Source of the DNA: an uncultured Candidatus Saccharibacteria bacterium
Lineage (GTDB): Bacteria > Patescibacteriota > Minisyncoccia > 2-02-FULL-40-12 > GWA2-44-9
Direction of reading: 5' to 3'
Length of the DNA stretch: 64,000 nt
Assembly: GCA_964513645.1 (NCBI GenBank)
Contig: CAZENF010000003.1
Coordinates: forward strand, 127,914-191,913
How positions within the stretch are numbered: position 1 is the stretch's first letter; every line of letters begins with the position of its first letter. The notes under the pieces were generated by a model. That model ran no database searches. It was given only the letters and a program-made list of their open reading frames with translations, and was not told the DNA's origin. Of this stretch, positions 1-8,386 are shown one piece after another. Made by a program: the position numbers and the translations under genes.

Positions 1-22
1 TTATAAAGCTCGAAGCGATAAA

Positions 23-370
23 CTAGCTCCGTCCATAGTCATCCGCCAATCGGGTGATATCGTCTTCGTCATGTTCGCCGAAAGTGACCTCGATTATCGT
101 AGTATCAGTAATTCCTTCAGCACGATGCGCTTCTTCCTTTTTGAATGCGATAGTGTCGCCGGTCTTCAGAGTCAATGTTTCTTCGTCTTTTTGTATCTTG
201 GCTTCGCCGTCGGCTATAACCCAAAACTCGCTTCGCATCTGATGTTTCTGGAGGCTTAATCTCTGACCCTTTTTAACTTCTATTACTTTGAGATGCCATT
301 TTCCGGTCTCTTCGGCCATATCGTAGTATCCGCCCCAGGGTTTTTCCACGTCTTTGTTTAGTTTTTTCAT
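23..370 (-). CDS. Stand-alone cupin domain protein, type II mannose-6-phosphate isomerase C-terminal-like
   Basis: 115 aa ORF; motifs EKPWGGYY and LSLQKHQMRSEFWVIADGEAKI match the RPWGxY / LSLQxHxxRxEHWxVV cupin signature of type II PMI/GMP C-terminal domains; sits next to the GH130 genes. Confidence 0.6.
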   Translation of the reverse strand: MKKLNKDVEKPWGGYYDMAEETGKWHLKVIEVKKGQRLSLQKHQMRSEFWVIADGEAKIQKDEETLTLKTGDTIAFKKEEAHRAEGITDTTIIEVTFGEHDEDDITRLADDYGRS

Positions 371-376
371 ATTTTA

Positions 377-2296
377 TTAGTACGCATAAGCGCCGAACAA
401 TCTTAATAAGGTTGGTAAAGGCATCGCGGCTACTCCAACAACTGAATCAGCACCGCCATAGTACATGAATATTGTATCGTTCTTGATAACTGCTCCACAA
501 GGAAATACGACATTGTTGACCTGGCCGTTCTTTTCGAAAGGAAATCTCGGTTCGAGAATTGAGTCATCGGTTCGAGCCAAAATTTTTACCGGGTCTTTAA
601 GATCGGCCAGAATCGCGCCGACCCGGTAATAGCCGTCGTCATCTGAAATTCCATGGTACAACAACAGCCAACCTTTGGAGGTTTTTATCGGCGGGGCGGA
701 AATACCAACCTTTCTTGAATCCCACATTCCTTTGCGGGGTGCTATCCAACGGTATTCTTCAAGCCAGTGCTTACCGTCAAAATTAAGCGATTCGTGATAT
801 GAAATATCTATGTCTTGTCCGGAACGGTGAATGACCACGTATTTGCCGTTTATTTTTTCAGGGAATATCGCGGCATCTTTGTCGTCTATGTCCGGCGGGG
901 AGATAAGTACCGGTTTTGACCAGTTCCATTTTTGTTCGAGAAAATCTTTTTCCGAGATCGAGGTCAGAGCTACTCTGGGAGGACTCGAACCATTATAAGC
1001 GGTGTAGCACATATAAAGATGACTCCCGATCTTAGTGATACGAGGATCTTCACAACCCGAATTCCAATTCGGCTGGGATTTAGTTTCGAACGGTTCTCTC
1101 GGTAAATAGATCGGTTCAGGTCCGCGGTAATCGATATTAATCCCGTCTTTTGAAGTGGCGTAACCGATCACGGATGTATTGTCCTCTGACATTGCCCGGT
1201 AAAGTATGTGAACTTTTCCGCCAAGATATATTGCTGCCGGATTGAAAACAGCTTTTGATTCCCAGGGATGTTCTTTAAGCGGAGAGATTATTTCTTTCTC
1301 ATTTGACCACAGGACTTTTATCGGACCGCGGATAAATTCAAGTTTTGCCAGAAGCATTTTTAAAGATATCATCGCCACACAGATGACGGTATCTGCCCCG
1401 CCGTAGTAGAGATATATCTGTCCGTTCTTTACCAATGCTCCTGAAGGGAAAACTATATTCGGAACATGTCCCATTTTTTCATAATATTCTTCAGGGGTCA
1501 GGAGCGGTGCGCTTGTTCGTCCGATTATCTTGGTAGGATCTTTCAGATCAAGCAGAACGGCCTCAATGCTGAAAACTTGTTTCGGGTTGCCGTAGTCATG
1601 AATATACGAATAAAATATCAGCCAACCGTCTTTTGTTTTTATCGGCGGAGAACCCATTTCGACAAAATCATTCGGTTTTCTCTGGAGAGGCAGGGTGTTC
1701 TTATCCAAATTTTCATACCACTTTTTCCATTTCTCTTCATTCCAAAGATCTTCTTCTTTATCAAAGCTTGCGACGCCTATTTTGACCGGCGGCTGGTCGG
1801 TATTGACGGTCAGGATAGCCCACATTTTGCCGTTAATTTTTTCTGGGAAAAGGGCCATCGCTTTGGCGTTGAAAGGTGTGACGAGATGTTTTTCCTGAAT
1901 TTTTTCGAGGTCCTTGCTTATTGCAACACCGATCTTAATGCCTTCAGCCCGGAACGGATATTCGGAGAGGGCGGTGTAAAATATATAGTATTTTCCGTTG
2001 AGTTTGGTTGTCCGGGGGTCCTCACAGCCATATTTATCCCAGGATTGGTCGGAAACAATGAATCTTTTGCGGTCGGTAAAATTCAGTCCGTCCTTGGAAC
2101 GGCAGATGCCGATGTCAGATATCGATAATTTAAGGTTTGCCCCTGAATGATAATGCGAAAGTGAAACGGCTCGGTAGACCATGAATATTTCTTTGCCTTT
2201 CTCAACCGGACAACCGTTAAAAACCGCCTCTGCTTCCCATGATTGTTGGCGGTTTGGTTTAAGTATCGGGTTTTGGTGGCTTCTCTCTACTAACAT
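377..2296 (-). CDS. Tandem-duplicated GH130 family glycoside phosphorylase (two GH130 modules in one 639-aa polypeptide)
   Basis: Two copies of the GH130/DUF377 hallmark (GCEDPRTTKLNGKYYIFYTA and GCEDPRITKIGSHLYMCYTAYNG). Each is preceded by an AVFNxxxx...YRA(M/V)S block and followed by YYGGAD. Confidence 0.75.
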   Translation of the reverse strand: MLVERSHQNPILKPNRQQSWEAEAVFNGCPVEKGKEIFMVYRAVSLSHYHSGANLKLSISDIGICRSKDGLNFTDRKRFIVSDQSWDKYGCEDPRTTKLNGKYYIFYTALSEYPFRAEGIKIGVAISKDLEKIQEKHLVTPFNAKAMALFPEKINGKMWAILTVNTDQPPVKIGVASFDKEEDLWNEEKWKKWYENLDKNTLPLQRKPNDFVEMGSPPIKTKDGWLIFYSYIHDYGNPKQVFSIEAVLLDLKDPTKIIGRTSAPLLTPEEYYEKMGHVPNIVFPSGALVKNGQIYLYYGGADTVICVAMISLKMLLAKLEFIRGPIKVLWSNEKEIISPLKEHPWESKAVFNPAAIYLGGKVHILYRAMSEDNTSVIGYATSKDGINIDYRGPEPIYLPREPFETKSQPNWNSGCEDPRITKIGSHLYMCYTAYNGSSPPRVALTSISEKDFLEQKWNWSKPVLISPPDIDDKDAAIFPEKINGKYVVIHRSGQDIDISYHESLNFDGKHWLEEYRWIAPRKGMWDSRKVGISAPPIKTSKGWLLLYHGISDDDGYYRVGAILADLKDPVKILARTDDSILEPRFPFEKNGQVNNVVFPCGAVIKNDTIFMYYGGADSVVGVAAMPLPTLLRLFGAYAY

Positions 2297-2315
2297 TTAT
2301 AACTTGTTGGTTGCT

Positions 2316-2346
2316 CCGCTATCCCGTCAAGGCGGGATTACAGCGG
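2316..2346 (-). other. GC-rich stem-loop in the intergenic gap between the two GH130 genes (possible weak terminator or 5' leader structure)
   Basis: ccgct-atcccg-tcaagg-cgggat-tac-agcgg; no U-tract on the minus-strand transcript, so terminator function is uncertain. Confidence 0.3.
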
Positions 2347-2359
2347 TACGCTTAAGAGT

Positions 2360-3493
2360 CTATCCTTTTAAAGGTGATGTCCTAAGTTTAGGTTCTTTAT
2401 GATTCTTAAGTTCGTTTATAAATTCTTCAAAATCAGTGTGGGCAACACAAACATAACTATCGGCTCCACCGTAATAGACAAGAAGTTTTCTGTTCTTTAC
2501 CACCGCGCCTGAAGCATAGACAACTCCGCCTTTAAAACCGTGATTCTCGTAATGTTCGTTCGGTTCAAGTATCGGAGCTTTTGCCCGGGCGATTATTCTA
2601 GTCGGATCGTCTTGGTCAAGAAGCATTGCTCCGACGCGGTATTTGCCCCAGTCGTTATCCATTGCGTGATAGAACAAGAGCCAGCCATATTTAGTCTTAA
2701 TCGGTACCGGTCCTGCGCCACGTAGCCACCTATCCCAACAGTTTTTTCTGCGTTTTCCGCCGCCGTGGAAACTTTGAATATAATTTGTATCATCGAATTC
2801 CATCGTATCTCGGTACTCAACTTTTATTTCAGGATTTATGCTGTGCAATATCGCGTATTTTCCTTTTATTTTTTCCGGGAATATCAGCCAGTTTTTATGA
2901 ACCTCTCCGGGAGGGGAAAGAAGGATGGGTTCGGTCCAGTTCCACCTCTTATTTCTGAAGTCATCAACTTTTATGGAAGTTAAAGCGACCCGTAAATCTC
3001 CGTTGCAGGCGGTGTAGGTCATAAAAAGAGCATCTTCATTGCCTACTCTGACTATTCTCGGGTCTTCTCCGCCGCCCCATGAGCCGCCGGAAAAATATGA
3101 AAAAACATTATAAGACCTTTTTTGGTTAGGGTGTTCATAGGCCGGTTGAGGGTGGCGCTCTTTTATTCCAAAACCGTCGTCTGATGCGGCATAACCCAGA
3201 CGGGAAACACCGTCAGGTCCTATTGCCCGGTACATAAAATGAACTTTATCATCGAGCTGGACAACTCCTGGATTAAACGTCTGCCAGCCGTCCCATTCAT
3301 TGTTGTGCCGGGGAGAGATTATCGGATTAGAATGCGGTTTCCGAAGGGCTAATTTTGGAAAAGATTTTTTGGCCGGAGATTTTTTCTGTTTTTTTTGGTT
3401 TTTCGGTTTTGAAACCAACTTAACATTTCTCTTTTTTGGAGTTGTCGTTTTTTCTGTTTTTTTTCTGCCAAATCTTGACTTTTTTTGGGCCAT
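2360..3493 (-). CDS. GH130 family glycoside phosphorylase with a lysine-rich, disordered N-terminal tail of about 50 aa
   Basis: GGEDPRIVRVGNEDALFMTYTACNGD and YYGGADSYVCVA GH130 motifs. N-terminus is MAQKKSRFGRKKTEKTTTPKKRNVKLVSKPKNQKKQKKSPAKK. Confidence 0.7.
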   Translation of the reverse strand: MAQKKSRFGRKKTEKTTTPKKRNVKLVSKPKNQKKQKKSPAKKSFPKLALRKPHSNPIISPRHNNEWDGWQTFNPGVVQLDDKVHFMYRAIGPDGVSRLGYAASDDGFGIKERHPQPAYEHPNQKRSYNVFSYFSGGSWGGGEDPRIVRVGNEDALFMTYTACNGDLRVALTSIKVDDFRNKRWNWTEPILLSPPGEVHKNWLIFPEKIKGKYAILHSINPEIKVEYRDTMEFDDTNYIQSFHGGGKRRKNCWDRWLRGAGPVPIKTKYGWLLFYHAMDNDWGKYRVGAMLLDQDDPTRIIARAKAPILEPNEHYENHGFKGGVVYASGAVVKNRKLLVYYGGADSYVCVAHTDFEEFINELKNHKEPKLRTSPLKG

Positions 3494-3614
3494 TTAAGTA
3501 TGAAAAGACACTTAAATTATAAGGCTTTTTTACTTCTTAGACAAACAAAAATGGTGGATAACAATATTGATATAAATGATAGTATTTTGGTCATAAATCG
3601 TGTATTATTAAATT

Positions 3615-4358
3615 GTGAAGAAGAATCTATTGATCATGGGAATATTGTTTATTGTCCTGACCTTTGGGACGTTTTTTGTTTTGAAAAAAGACCAGCCTGG
3701 CAAGATCGGAGAACCGTTGCCGTCGCCCCGTCAGTATGTGTCGCCAACAACCAAAGCCAGTCCGTCAGTTTCCACTGTGTCCGGGGGTCTTCCTTCAGAA
3801 ATAAATCTCAACGTACCTTTTACTTCACAGGCGCCTTTTCAGGACTGGAGTCTGCCGTATGATGAATTTTGCGAGGAAGCATCGACCCTGATGGCGGCAA
3901 GTTATATCAAAGGTTCGCCGATAATAGACCCGGCAGATGCGAATAAAAAACTTTTGGAGATAAAAGCGTTTGAAGAAAAGTTCTTTGGTTTTTACGAGGA
4001 TACAAATACCGAACAGACTGCCATGATACTCACTAACTATTATGGTATCAAAAACATTAAAGTTTTATATGAACCCACTCTCGATGATATTAAAAAGTCT
4101 CTTGCCGGAGGTAAGGTTGTTTTGCTACCCGCAGCCGGGCAATTACTCGGCAACCCGTATTACCGTCAGCCGGGACCCATTTATCACATGCTTGTACTGA
4201 AGGGCTATACCAAGGACGGCAATATTATCACTAACGATCCTGGAACAAGAAGAGGCGAGAATTATATTTACGACGCTTCGGTTCTAATGAATGCGATGCA
4301 TGATTGGAATAACGGGGACATCCTCTCCGGCCGCAAAGCAGTCATAATAGTGGGCTAA
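3615..4358 (+). CDS. Membrane-anchored papain-like (peptidase C39-like) domain protein
   Basis: GTG start; N-terminal TM helix. Q...C pattern (SQAPFQDWSLPYDEFCEEAS) with a downstream His (PIYHMLVLKGY) and ITNDPG, typical of the C39-like Cys/His fold. Confidence 0.45.
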   Translation: MKKNLLIMGILFIVLTFGTFFVLKKDQPGKIGEPLPSPRQYVSPTTKASPSVSTVSGGLPSEINLNVPFTSQAPFQDWSLPYDEFCEEASTLMAASYIKGSPIIDPADANKKLLEIKAFEEKFFGFYEDTNTEQTAMILTNYYGIKNIKVLYEPTLDDIKKSLAGGKVVLLPAAGQLLGNPYYRQPGPIYHMLVLKGYTKDGNIITNDPGTRRGENYIYDASVLMNAMHDWNNGDILSGRKAVIIVG

Positions 4359-4369
4359 TATCTAAAATT

Positions 4370-4494
4370 AAAAATCCCGCGTAGGCTTCAGTCTATGAAG
4401 GGACTTGCGCAGGCCGACTGGGCCGAGCACGAAGCAAAATTTCAGCAGAAATTTATGCTGTGCCCTGAATGGGCTGAAGCCGAGAGCGGGATTT
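4370..4494 (+). other. Long imperfect inverted repeat of about 125 nt at the boundary of the GC-rich island. It may be the terminator of the upstream gene, a structured RNA or an insertion boundary
   Basis: aaaatcccgcgtaggcttcag (4370-4390) is complementary to ctgaagccgagagcgggatttt (4473-4494); GC content rises abruptly from here. Confidence 0.35.
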
Positions 4495-4511
4495 TCGTAG
4501 GAGCATTAAAC

Positions 4512-4540
4512 TTGCATATATAGAAGTTTTGTGTTATAAT
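4512..4540 (+). promoter_or_regulatory. Near-consensus sigma70 promoter (TTGCAT-17 nt-TATAAT)
   Basis: ttgcat at 4512-4517, 17-nt spacer, tataat at 4535-4540; lies about 75 nt upstream of the GC-rich ORF. Confidence 0.6.
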
Positions 4541-4616
4541 CTTGAAAGTACCATGGATAGGGGCAATTTCGTCCCATCCTATCTCTCGATCCGCCCCGGG
4601 CGGTGAAGGAGGAAAA

Positions 4617-5003
4617 ATGAAGATTCAAGTCGTCTCGAGGGATCCGCGTGTTCCGTTCCAGATTTCCAAAGAGAACGAGAAGAGGATTTACGAGTCTGCC
4701 GAAACCGCCGATGCGCTCAAGGCGCTCAACAGCATCGATCGGATCGCCAAGGTCATGGAGCTCTACGCTTCGGCGAAGATGATTCTCGCGAACCTCCATC
4801 AGTCGAAGATGGTGCGCCGTCTTGCCCACTGGCAGACGACCTGCCGTTTCGACGGCTGCCCGAAACAGCCCCGCATCGTCGGCCGCCGTCAGACCAGGAC
4901 TCATCTTTTCTGCAAGGGTCACACGTTGGTTGCGAGCTGCCTGTCGCGCGTGGACTACGAACGTCTCAAGTCGAGCTCGATGCTCCGCGTTGTCGTCGGG
5001 TAG
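4617..5003 (+). CDS. Small Cys/His-containing basic protein encoded on a GC-rich (about 58% GC) island; function unknown
   Basis: ATG at 4617 preceded by GGAGG (aaggaggaaaaATG). 128 aa; C-terminal CRFDGC...LFCKGH...ASC cluster. GC-rich codon usage unlike neighbouring genes. The track ORF 4542..5003 uses an upstream TTG. Confidence 0.5.
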   Translation: MKIQVVSRDPRVPFQISKENEKRIYESAETADALKALNSIDRIAKVMELYASAKMILANLHQSKMVRRLAHWQTTCRFDGCPKQPRIVGRRQTRTHLFCKGHTLVASCLSRVDYERLKSSSMLRVVVG

Positions 5004-5008
5004 TATCT

Positions 5009-5046
5009 GCCCCGCCTGATTAAATTCAGGCGGGGCCATTTTATTT
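5009..5046. terminator. Bidirectional intrinsic terminator between convergent genes
   Basis: gccccgcctga-ttaaat-tcaggcggggc perfect 11-bp stem, followed by cattttattta. Confidence 0.75.
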
Positions 5047-6403
5047 ATATGGTTCTATGAGGGTCGAGTTCTGTATCAGTCAAAGGCGATTGAGGCAGTT
5101 GTCGGATACGATATGGCAGGAGGATAATTAGAAACAGCATTTCGGTTGTACTGGCCAAAGCGAATGCGACCGGAATGGCTAAGATATCAAGCGACGGTAA
5201 CAGGAGATAACCTACCCCGATGGCGATGATCAGACCTATCACTGACATTATCACCGGTATCACGGTGTTTTTTGTTGCATAAAAAGCTCGGGCCAGAAGG
5301 TGGATAATAGATTCGGTCGGAATGCCCAAGGTAAATATTCCAAGAGTCATCGCGGTTCTGGCAATGGCTTTTTCATCAAAGCGTCCGCCGCCTAAGACGA
5401 GGCGTATCAAAGGTTCTCTGATGATGAACGTAACAACCGCGCAAAAAACACTGCCGGCAAATATCAGCAGAAAAGAATCTTTTAAGGTTTTTTTAAATTT
5501 TTCAGTTGAATGGGAAGCGATGGTTTCCGAAAGGACCGGAAAGGCGGTGGTGGCGAAAGTTATACCTATCAGACTGACCGGAACGCTCATGAAGTCTCTG
5601 GCAAAATTCATGACCGCGACCGAACCGGCGCTTAAACTCGAAGCCAGAACGGTGAATCCCCAGAACATTGCGAGCTCGACTGGATGGCCGAACATTTTAG
5701 GAAGCATCAGCGCAACGGTTTTTTTGAATTCTGGCGTTTTGAAATTAAAATTCATTTTAAATTTATAACCAGAAAGATAGCCGTCGATAATGCGGATGAG
5801 CATGTGGAACCCCGCGCCGCAGACGGTGCCGATTGCTACCCCGTTTATCCCGAAATATGGCGACAAAAATACCGCGCCCAATATCATCCCTAAGTTATAA
5901 AGTATCGGTGAAATTCCGTAGAAGAAAAATCTTTTTTTAGCCACCAGCATCGCTCCGATGGTATTGGATACCCCGAACATTATCGGCGATAACGAAAGCC
6001 ATCTTAAAATTCCGGTAACCATCGCCCGGCCTTCGGCGTCAAATCCGGGAGCGACGATAAAACTTATCTGCTTGGCAAAAACCACGAAAAATATTCCGGT
6101 CATGGTCATGGTTATTATCGCGGCTGAAACGACTGAATTTGAATAGGCATATGCCTTTTCGTGGTCTGATCGGTAAATTTCGCTGAAAAGAGGGACGAAA
6201 GCAGCCGCAATCCCGCTGGCAATAAGGATATTAAACAAAAGGTCGGGCATTAAAAAAGCGGCATTGTAAGCGTCCAACGCCCGTGAGGCGCCGAAAATAT
6301 GGGCAAACAGACGGTCTCTGAAAAGACCGAGCAGGTAAGAAACCAGGGTGGTCGAGGCTAAAACAGCGCTTCCGGCCGGAACGATCTTGAGGAGTTTGTT
6401 CAT
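5045..6403 (-). CDS. murJ: Lipid II flippase MurJ (MviN), MOP superfamily
   Basis: 452 aa polytopic protein; N-terminus LLGLFRDRLFAHIFGASRALDAYNAAFLMPDLLFNILIASGIAAAFVPLFSE is the canonical MurJ start. Confidence 0.85.
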   Translation of the reverse strand: MNKLLKIVPAGSAVLASTTLVSYLLGLFRDRLFAHIFGASRALDAYNAAFLMPDLLFNILIASGIAAAFVPLFSEIYRSDHEKAYAYSNSVVSAAIITMTMTGIFFVVFAKQISFIVAPGFDAEGRAMVTGILRWLSLSPIMFGVSNTIGAMLVAKKRFFFYGISPILYNLGMILGAVFLSPYFGINGVAIGTVCGAGFHMLIRIIDGYLSGYKFKMNFNFKTPEFKKTVALMLPKMFGHPVELAMFWGFTVLASSLSAGSVAVMNFARDFMSVPVSLIGITFATTAFPVLSETIASHSTEKFKKTLKDSFLLIFAGSVFCAVVTFIIREPLIRLVLGGGRFDEKAIARTAMTLGIFTLGIPTESIIHLLARAFYATKNTVIPVIMSVIGLIIAIGVGYLLLPSLDILAIPVAFALASTTEMLFLIILLPYRIRQLPQSPLTDTELDPHRTI

Positions 6404-6424
6404 ATAATGTGATAAAATAATAAC

Positions 6425-6826
6425 ATGACCAAATCTATATACAAAATTCTTATCGTTGAAGATGAAAAACTTATGCAGGAGCTCCTTACCGACCGTCTTT
6501 CTAAAGAGCCGATATTTAAGATCTACACCGCCAGCAACGGTGAGGAAGGGTTCGAAGTTTGCCGGGAATATATTCCAGACCTGATACTCCTTGATATAAA
6601 AATGCCTGTTATGGACGGGATAATGATGATGAGGGAGTTAAAAAAATACGAACAACTCAAGGATATTCCGATAATATTTCTGACCAATCTCGATCCGGAT
6701 GAGGACATTATCAAAAAGATCTCGGAAGAAAAACCGTCATACTACCTTATCAAAGCGAAAACAAATCTCGAGGATATTACCGAGAGGGTTAAAGAGACTC
6801 TTTCTGCAAAAAGACCGACATCTTAA
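6425..6826 (+). CDS. Stand-alone response regulator receiver (CheY-like) protein
   Basis: ILIVEDEKLMQELL...DLILLDIKMPVMDG...IIFLT; acidic pocket, phospho-acceptor Asp and conserved Lys contexts present; no output domain. Confidence 0.85.
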   Translation: MTKSIYKILIVEDEKLMQELLTDRLSKEPIFKIYTASNGEEGFEVCREYIPDLILLDIKMPVMDGIMMMRELKKYEQLKDIPIIFLTNLDPDEDIIKKISEEKPSYYLIKAKTNLEDITERVKETLSAKRPTS

Positions 6827-6898
6827 AAAAGCCGGACAGGCCCAAAAACTCTTATAATTTAAGGAAATTTAATCCATAGGCTGGTCAGCTGGTTTTTT

Positions 6899-7447
6899 TT
6901 GTGTAACAATTTGGCGCCAATAACGTCTTCAAATATGTCAGAACATAACGTGCTCAATGAACAATTCATGCAAGCCTATGACCAGTTTTCAGATGCTATA
7001 TTCAGGCATTGCTGGTTTAGGATTGGGGATCGTGAGAAGGCCAAAGATCTGATGCAGGATACTTTCACCAAATCATGGCAGTACATCGCCGATGGGGGCG
7101 TGGTCCAGAACCTTAAGCCATTTCTTTACCGCGTTGCCAATAATCTTATAATTGATGAATACCGGAAGAAAAAAGAACTTTCGCTTGATAGTCTTCAGAC
7201 CCTGGGCTTTGATCCTGGATTTGACGACCGGAACAGGAATGACAACCGGATCGACGCCAAACTGGCGGTCAGTGTGGTGAATCAGCTCGACGATAAATAT
7301 AAAGAGGTGGTTTTGATGAGATATATTGACGACATGTCGCCTTCGGAAATTGCCGAAGCCGTCGGAGAATCGGAGAATAACGTTTCAGTCAGGATACATC
7401 GCGGCCTTAAACAGTTAAAAGAAATTCTTGGAAAAAATGGAAGATAA
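6899..7447 (+). CDS. ECF-type RNA polymerase sigma-70 family factor
   Basis: Region 2 (LMQDTFTKSWQYI...YRVANNLIIDEYRKKK) and region 4 helix-turn-helix (LMRYIDDMSPSEIAEAVGESENNVSVRIHRGLKQLKEIL). Start may be the ATG at 6935 (MSEHNV). Confidence 0.85.
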   Translation: MCNNLAPITSSNMSEHNVLNEQFMQAYDQFSDAIFRHCWFRIGDREKAKDLMQDTFTKSWQYIADGGVVQNLKPFLYRVANNLIIDEYRKKKELSLDSLQTLGFDPGFDDRNRNDNRIDAKLAVSVVNQLDDKYKEVVLMRYIDDMSPSEIAEAVGESENNVSVRIHRGLKQLKEILGKNGR

Positions 7448-8303
7448 AAATTTCGAACAATTTATAAAAGAAGTTAGAAAGTCTGGCCTTTCCGACGAAG
7501 AACGTAACTCTATCCGGGAGTCAGTTTTTAATTTTATAAAAAATAATCCTGTAAGCGGTCAAACCCAACCCCGTCTCAAATACAGTTCCGGAAAAAATTT
7601 CTGGGACTGGTCGAGTATATATTTAAGAAATTTTAATTTAGCATCCATCATGGCACTATTACTCATCTTAACAGTAGCAGTTTCAAGCGGTGTCGGCCTG
7701 GCGGCTGAAAAAGCTCTGCCCGGCGACTTCCTTTATCCGGTGAAGCTCAATGTTAACGAGAACATTAGAGGTTTGACCAATATCACCGATCAACAAAAGG
7801 CCGATTGGGAAATTCAAAAAGCCGACCGCCGGCTCGAAGAAGCGGAAAACCTGGCTTCGAAAGGTTCTCTGGACTCGAAGAATCAGGCTGTTATCGAGGC
7901 TAATTTTGAAGCCCAATCTCGAAAAGTAAAGGACAGAATAAATAGTTTTGAAGATAAAAGTGACTTCAAGGCGGCGGCAAGCGTAAGCGCCAGTTTTGAA
8001 ACATCTCTGCAGGTTCACGAAAAAATATTACAGAAGATATCTGAAGAAAAAAAAGATTCTAAGAAAGATATCGAACCTATCGACGCTAAGATACGTTCGG
8101 AAGTAACAAGCATCAGGAACAGAAGAGACCACCTTGAGCTAAAGATAAGGTCCCACGGAAATACTAAGTTTAGGGAAGGTAAAAAAAGCAGTTCAAGTGA
8201 CGATAATTGGTCGGACACAGAGGTTAACGATGACATCAACATGAAAACAGCCAGCAGCTCAATCCGGCAAGACGGACATCTCAGATTAAAACTTAGATTT
8301 TAA
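7428..8303 (+). CDS. Single-pass membrane protein co-transcribed with the ECF sigma factor (putative anti-sigma / DUF5667-like)
   Basis: Overlaps the sigma gene by 20 nt; cytoplasmic N-domain, one TM (ASIMALLLILTVAVSSGVGLAA), then an extracytoplasmic coiled-coil-rich domain (LYPVKLNVNENIRG...). Confidence 0.45.
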   Translation: MEKMEDKNFEQFIKEVRKSGLSDEERNSIRESVFNFIKNNPVSGQTQPRLKYSSGKNFWDWSSIYLRNFNLASIMALLLILTVAVSSGVGLAAEKALPGDFLYPVKLNVNENIRGLTNITDQQKADWEIQKADRRLEEAENLASKGSLDSKNQAVIEANFEAQSRKVKDRINSFEDKSDFKAAASVSASFETSLQVHEKILQKISEEKKDSKKDIEPIDAKIRSEVTSIRNRRDHLELKIRSHGNTKFREGKKSSSSDDNWSDTEVNDDINMKTASSSIRQDGHLRLKLRF

Positions 8304-8317
8304 AACAAACATAAAAA

Positions 8318-8353
8318 CACAACATCCCGCATCTGCGGGATGTTGTGTTTTTG
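8318..8353 (+). terminator. Intrinsic terminator
   Basis: acaacatcccgca / tgcgggatgttgt perfect 13-bp inverted repeat, followed by gttttt. Confidence 0.8.
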
Positions 8354-8386
8354 GTGCAATGAATTTAATTCTGTTATAATCCCAGT

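Noticed and set aside
1466-2128. 220-aa plus-strand ORF inside the tandem GH130 gene
   Set aside because: Antisense to a well-supported domain-bearing CDS; low-complexity Phe/Ile-rich translation; no RBS or promoter context.
4506-5039. 177-aa ORF on the minus strand opposite the GC-rich small gene
   Set aside because: High GC produces long stop-free frames on both strands. The plus-strand frame has a consensus promoter, GGAGG RBS and terminator in the right places, and the minus frame has none.
4380-5040. RNase P RNA or tmRNA hidden in the GC-rich island
   Set aside because: Partial look-alikes (ccatggataggggca, aagtccg elsewhere) are out of order relative to the conserved P4 / ACAGAAACCCGGCUUA elements. 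No tRNA-like 3' end (GGTTCGA...CCA) for tmRNA was found. The protein-coding interpretation fits better.
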